Source: the human T2T-CHM13v2.0 reference genome, Homo sapiens
Assembly: GCF_009914755.1 (NCBI RefSeq)
Contig: NC_060947.1
Length of the DNA: 64,000 nt
Strand: one strand, 5' to 3'
The position numbers were made by a program, and so were the translations under genes. Under the pieces are notes generated by a model. The model searched no databases and had not been told where the DNA came from. It worked only from the letters and a program-made list of their open reading frames with translations. Positions 60,981 through 64,000 of the stretch are shown here, in pieces; the stretch's first letter is position 1, and each line of letters opens with the position of its first letter.

Positions 60981-61299
60981 GGCTGGGAGCAGTGACTCAC
61001 ACCTGTAATCCCAGCACTTTGGGAGGCCAAGGCAGGTGGATCACTTGAGGTCAGGAGTTCGAGACCAGCCTGGCCAACACAGAGAAACCCCGTCTCTACT
61101 AAAAATACAAAAATTAGCCAAGTGTGGTGGTGCACAGCTGTAATCGCAGCTGCTTGGGAGGCCAAGGCAAGAGAATTGCTTGGACCTGGGAGGCAGCAGC
61201 TGCAGTGAGCAAAGATAGCACCACTGCACTCCAGCCTGGGCGACCCAGCGAGACTCTGTCTCAAAAAATAAAAATAAAAATAAAATAATAATAAATAAA
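60981..61299 (+). mobile_element. AluS
   Basis: Dimer; TSD taaacagga(g/a)tgaa. Confidence 0.9.
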
Positions 61300-61324
61300 C
61301 AGGAATGAAAAGTGGGCAATATAG

Positions 61325-61765
61325 ATCAGTGCTGCCCAACAGACATATAATGTAAGGCATTTCAAATATATATTTAAATTTTCTAGTAGCCATATTTTAA
61401 AAAAGGAAACCACTGGTAAAATTTTTACATTTTATTTAATCCAATACATCCAAACTATTATCAGTTCCATATGTGGTCAATATATCAGATTTTTTCAGAT
61501 TTTGGAATATTTGCATTAAACCTTTGAGCATTTCCTTTGAGAGTCATGTCAGTAATCAAAAAATTTTGGGTTTTGGAGCATTTTCTATTTCAGATTCTTA
61601 GGGATACTAAACTTTTAGTGAGATATTTTACATGTTTTTAATACTAAATATTTGAAATTCCATGTACAAATATATTTCTAGCACATCTCAATGTGGACTA
61701 GCTACATTTCCAGTACTCAATAGCCACAGATAGTTAGTGGCTATTGTATTGGACAGTGCAGATCT
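61325..61765. mobile_element. MER33/MER3-like hAT relic with nested Tigger4-like fragment (~61486-61612)
   Basis: cagtgctgcccaacaga...ttggacagtgcag ends; inner piece resembles 11960-12135. Confidence 0.7.
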
Positions 61766-61886
61766 GGAGTTACATCAAAATCCTAAAAACAACATTGAGC
61801 AAACAAACAAAAAAAAAAAAGGCAAGTTGCAAAATAATATGTACTGTATGGTGCCACTTACATAAACGTATAAAACTGAAAAAATT

Positions 61887-62182
61887 TCATTCTCAGTAAA
61901 CTATCGCAAGAACAAAAAACCAAACACCACATATTCTCATTCATAGGTGGGAACTGAACAATGAGATCACATGGACACAGGAAGGGGAACATCACACTCT
62001 GGGGACTGTTGTGGGGTGGGGGGAGGGGGGAGGGGGGAGGGATAGCATTGGGAGATATACCTAATGCTAGATGACAAGTTAGTGGGTGCAGCACACCAGC
62101 ATGGCACATGTATACGTATGTAACCTGCACAATGTGCACATGTACCCTAAAACTTAAAGTATAATAATAAAAATAAATAAAT
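61887..62182 (+). mobile_element. Young 5'-truncated L1PA2-like insertion (~300 bp)
   Basis: ctcagtaaactatcgcaagaacaa, gagatcacatgg, cattgggagatatacctaatgctag; perfect 14-bp TSD aaactgaaaaaatt. Confidence 0.9.
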
Positions 62183-62804
62183 AAACTGAAAAAATTCTAA
62201 ATAAGGTTTATGTATATGGAAACATGTTTATGTAGAAAACATTAAAATAACCCATGAGGCTTCAACTCTATCTGTAATGTTTTAATTCTTTAAAAGAAAT
62301 CTAAAGCAAATATGACATAAGATTTTAAAATATTTCCCACTTAAATAATAAAAAAATAGAATATGCTTGCTTCTGTTTATATTCAATTACTTACTTCTGA
62401 AAATATGCTACAGAAATATTTAGTGTGTAAATTTCATATTTTACTTTGTACTACATAGATCCGTAGCATCTTTCTGTTGTTCATGTATTAAGTTTGATAA
62501 CAGAAGTTCAAGGAAAAGTTCAAAAAATTAAGTAAGGATAAAAACTGATGAATTTTGTCTTGTTTATTCAACAAGCATTTACTATATGATTATTGTGTGT
62601 ATTCAGGGAGTTCATAATGTGGTGAACAGCTTTTTGTTACAAGCAGTCATATGGAGATGAAAGTATATTTTAGCACTACATAGAACACCAAGATCAAAGT
62701 AAAAGAGCAAAATACTTAAACAGTGAGTTTTGGCCCTGAGAGTAATTGTTAAATGGAAAATTTTTAAAGGCATTCTTCTTTTTATGTATATATTTAAAGG
62801 GTAT

Positions 62805-63103
<299 letters not shown>

Positions 63104-63530
63104 GTGTACAACATGAATGTTTTGATATACATATACATAGTGAAATGATTACTATGGTCAAGCAAAATGTCCCATCTCCACATATAGTTATCTTTTTCTG
63201 TGTGTGCTGAAAACACCTGAAATCTACTCTTTTAACAACTTTCCAGTACATGATACAGTATTATTAACTATAGTGTTCATGCTGTACATTAGATCTCTAG
63301 ACCTAGTCATCCTACGTGATTCCAACTTGGTAACCTTTAACCAATATCTCCCCATTTCTCCCACCTTCCTACCCATTTAACTACTTTTCTACTCTCTTCT
63401 TTTGCAGACTTGGCATTCTTAGATTCCACATATAGGTTGAAGTCATGAAGTATTATTTTTTCCACGTCTGGCTAACTTCACTTGCCATAATGTCCTCCAG
63501 GTTCATCTATGTTGTCACCAATGGCAAGCA
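63104..63530 (-). mobile_element. L1MA 3' end fragment
   Basis: Reverse L1MA 3'UTR (gctgtacattagatctctag). Confidence 0.75.
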
Positions 63531-63569
63531 TATTAGTTTAGTGTACCATCTTAAGATACGCAATGACTT

Positions 63570-63876
63570 GGCCAGGCGCGGTGGCTCATGCCTGTAATCC
63601 CAGCATTTTGGGAGGCCGAGGCGGGCAGATCACGAGGTCAGGAGATCAAGACCATCCTGGCTAACATAATGAAACCCCATCTCTACAAAAAATACAAAAA
63701 AAATTAGCCAGGCGTGGTGGCAGGCGCCTGTAGTCGCAGCTACTCGGGAGGCTGAGGCAGGAGAATGGCATGAATCCGGGAGGTGGAGCTTTGCAGTGAG
63801 CAGAGATCACGCCACTGCACTCCAGCCTGGGCGACAGAGCAAGACTCTGTCTCAAAAAAAAAAAAAAAAAAAAAAA
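63570..63876 (+). mobile_element. AluY
   Basis: gagatcaagaccatcctggctaac and gagaatggcatgaa diagnostics; long A tail. Confidence 0.92.
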
Positions 63877-64000
63877 AGATACACATTGACTCACTAGAAG
63901 AGATTTTTTTTAAAGACTGCAATAAACACACAAGCAAAACCCTCATTCATTCTACTTAGTTTTAGCTAAATACTGTATATATTACTTGTACATAGCTCTA

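Overview
Primate (sequence consistent with human) X-linked ATRX locus, transcribed on the minus strand. Only two small coding exons are present. Exon 3 (138-193, 56 nt) encodes DKISGSGSNSDMMENSKEEG and exon 2 (18681-18793, 113 nt) encodes SESKLNTLVQKLHDFLAHSSEESEETSSPPRLAMNQNT; both have canonical AG/GT boundaries and compatible phases. The rest is intron 2 (~18.5 kb) and the 3' ~45 kb of intron 1; exon 1 lies beyond the window end. The introns are mostly interspersed repeats: ~50 Alu copies, nested old L1M fragments, several L1PA elements including a near full-length L1PA7-like copy in gene-sense orientation, two ERV1 solo LTRs, an MLT1 LTR, Tigger/MER DNA transposon relics and a TSD-flanked 28S rRNA retrofragment. 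Nearly all supplied ORFs are Alu, L1 or LTR by-products. I found no convincing novel biological system; the noteworthy items are rearrangement and repair scars, retrocopies and candidate regulatory or splicing elements. Repeat subfamilies are called from memory of consensus sequences and repeat boundaries are approximate (about 10-20 bp).
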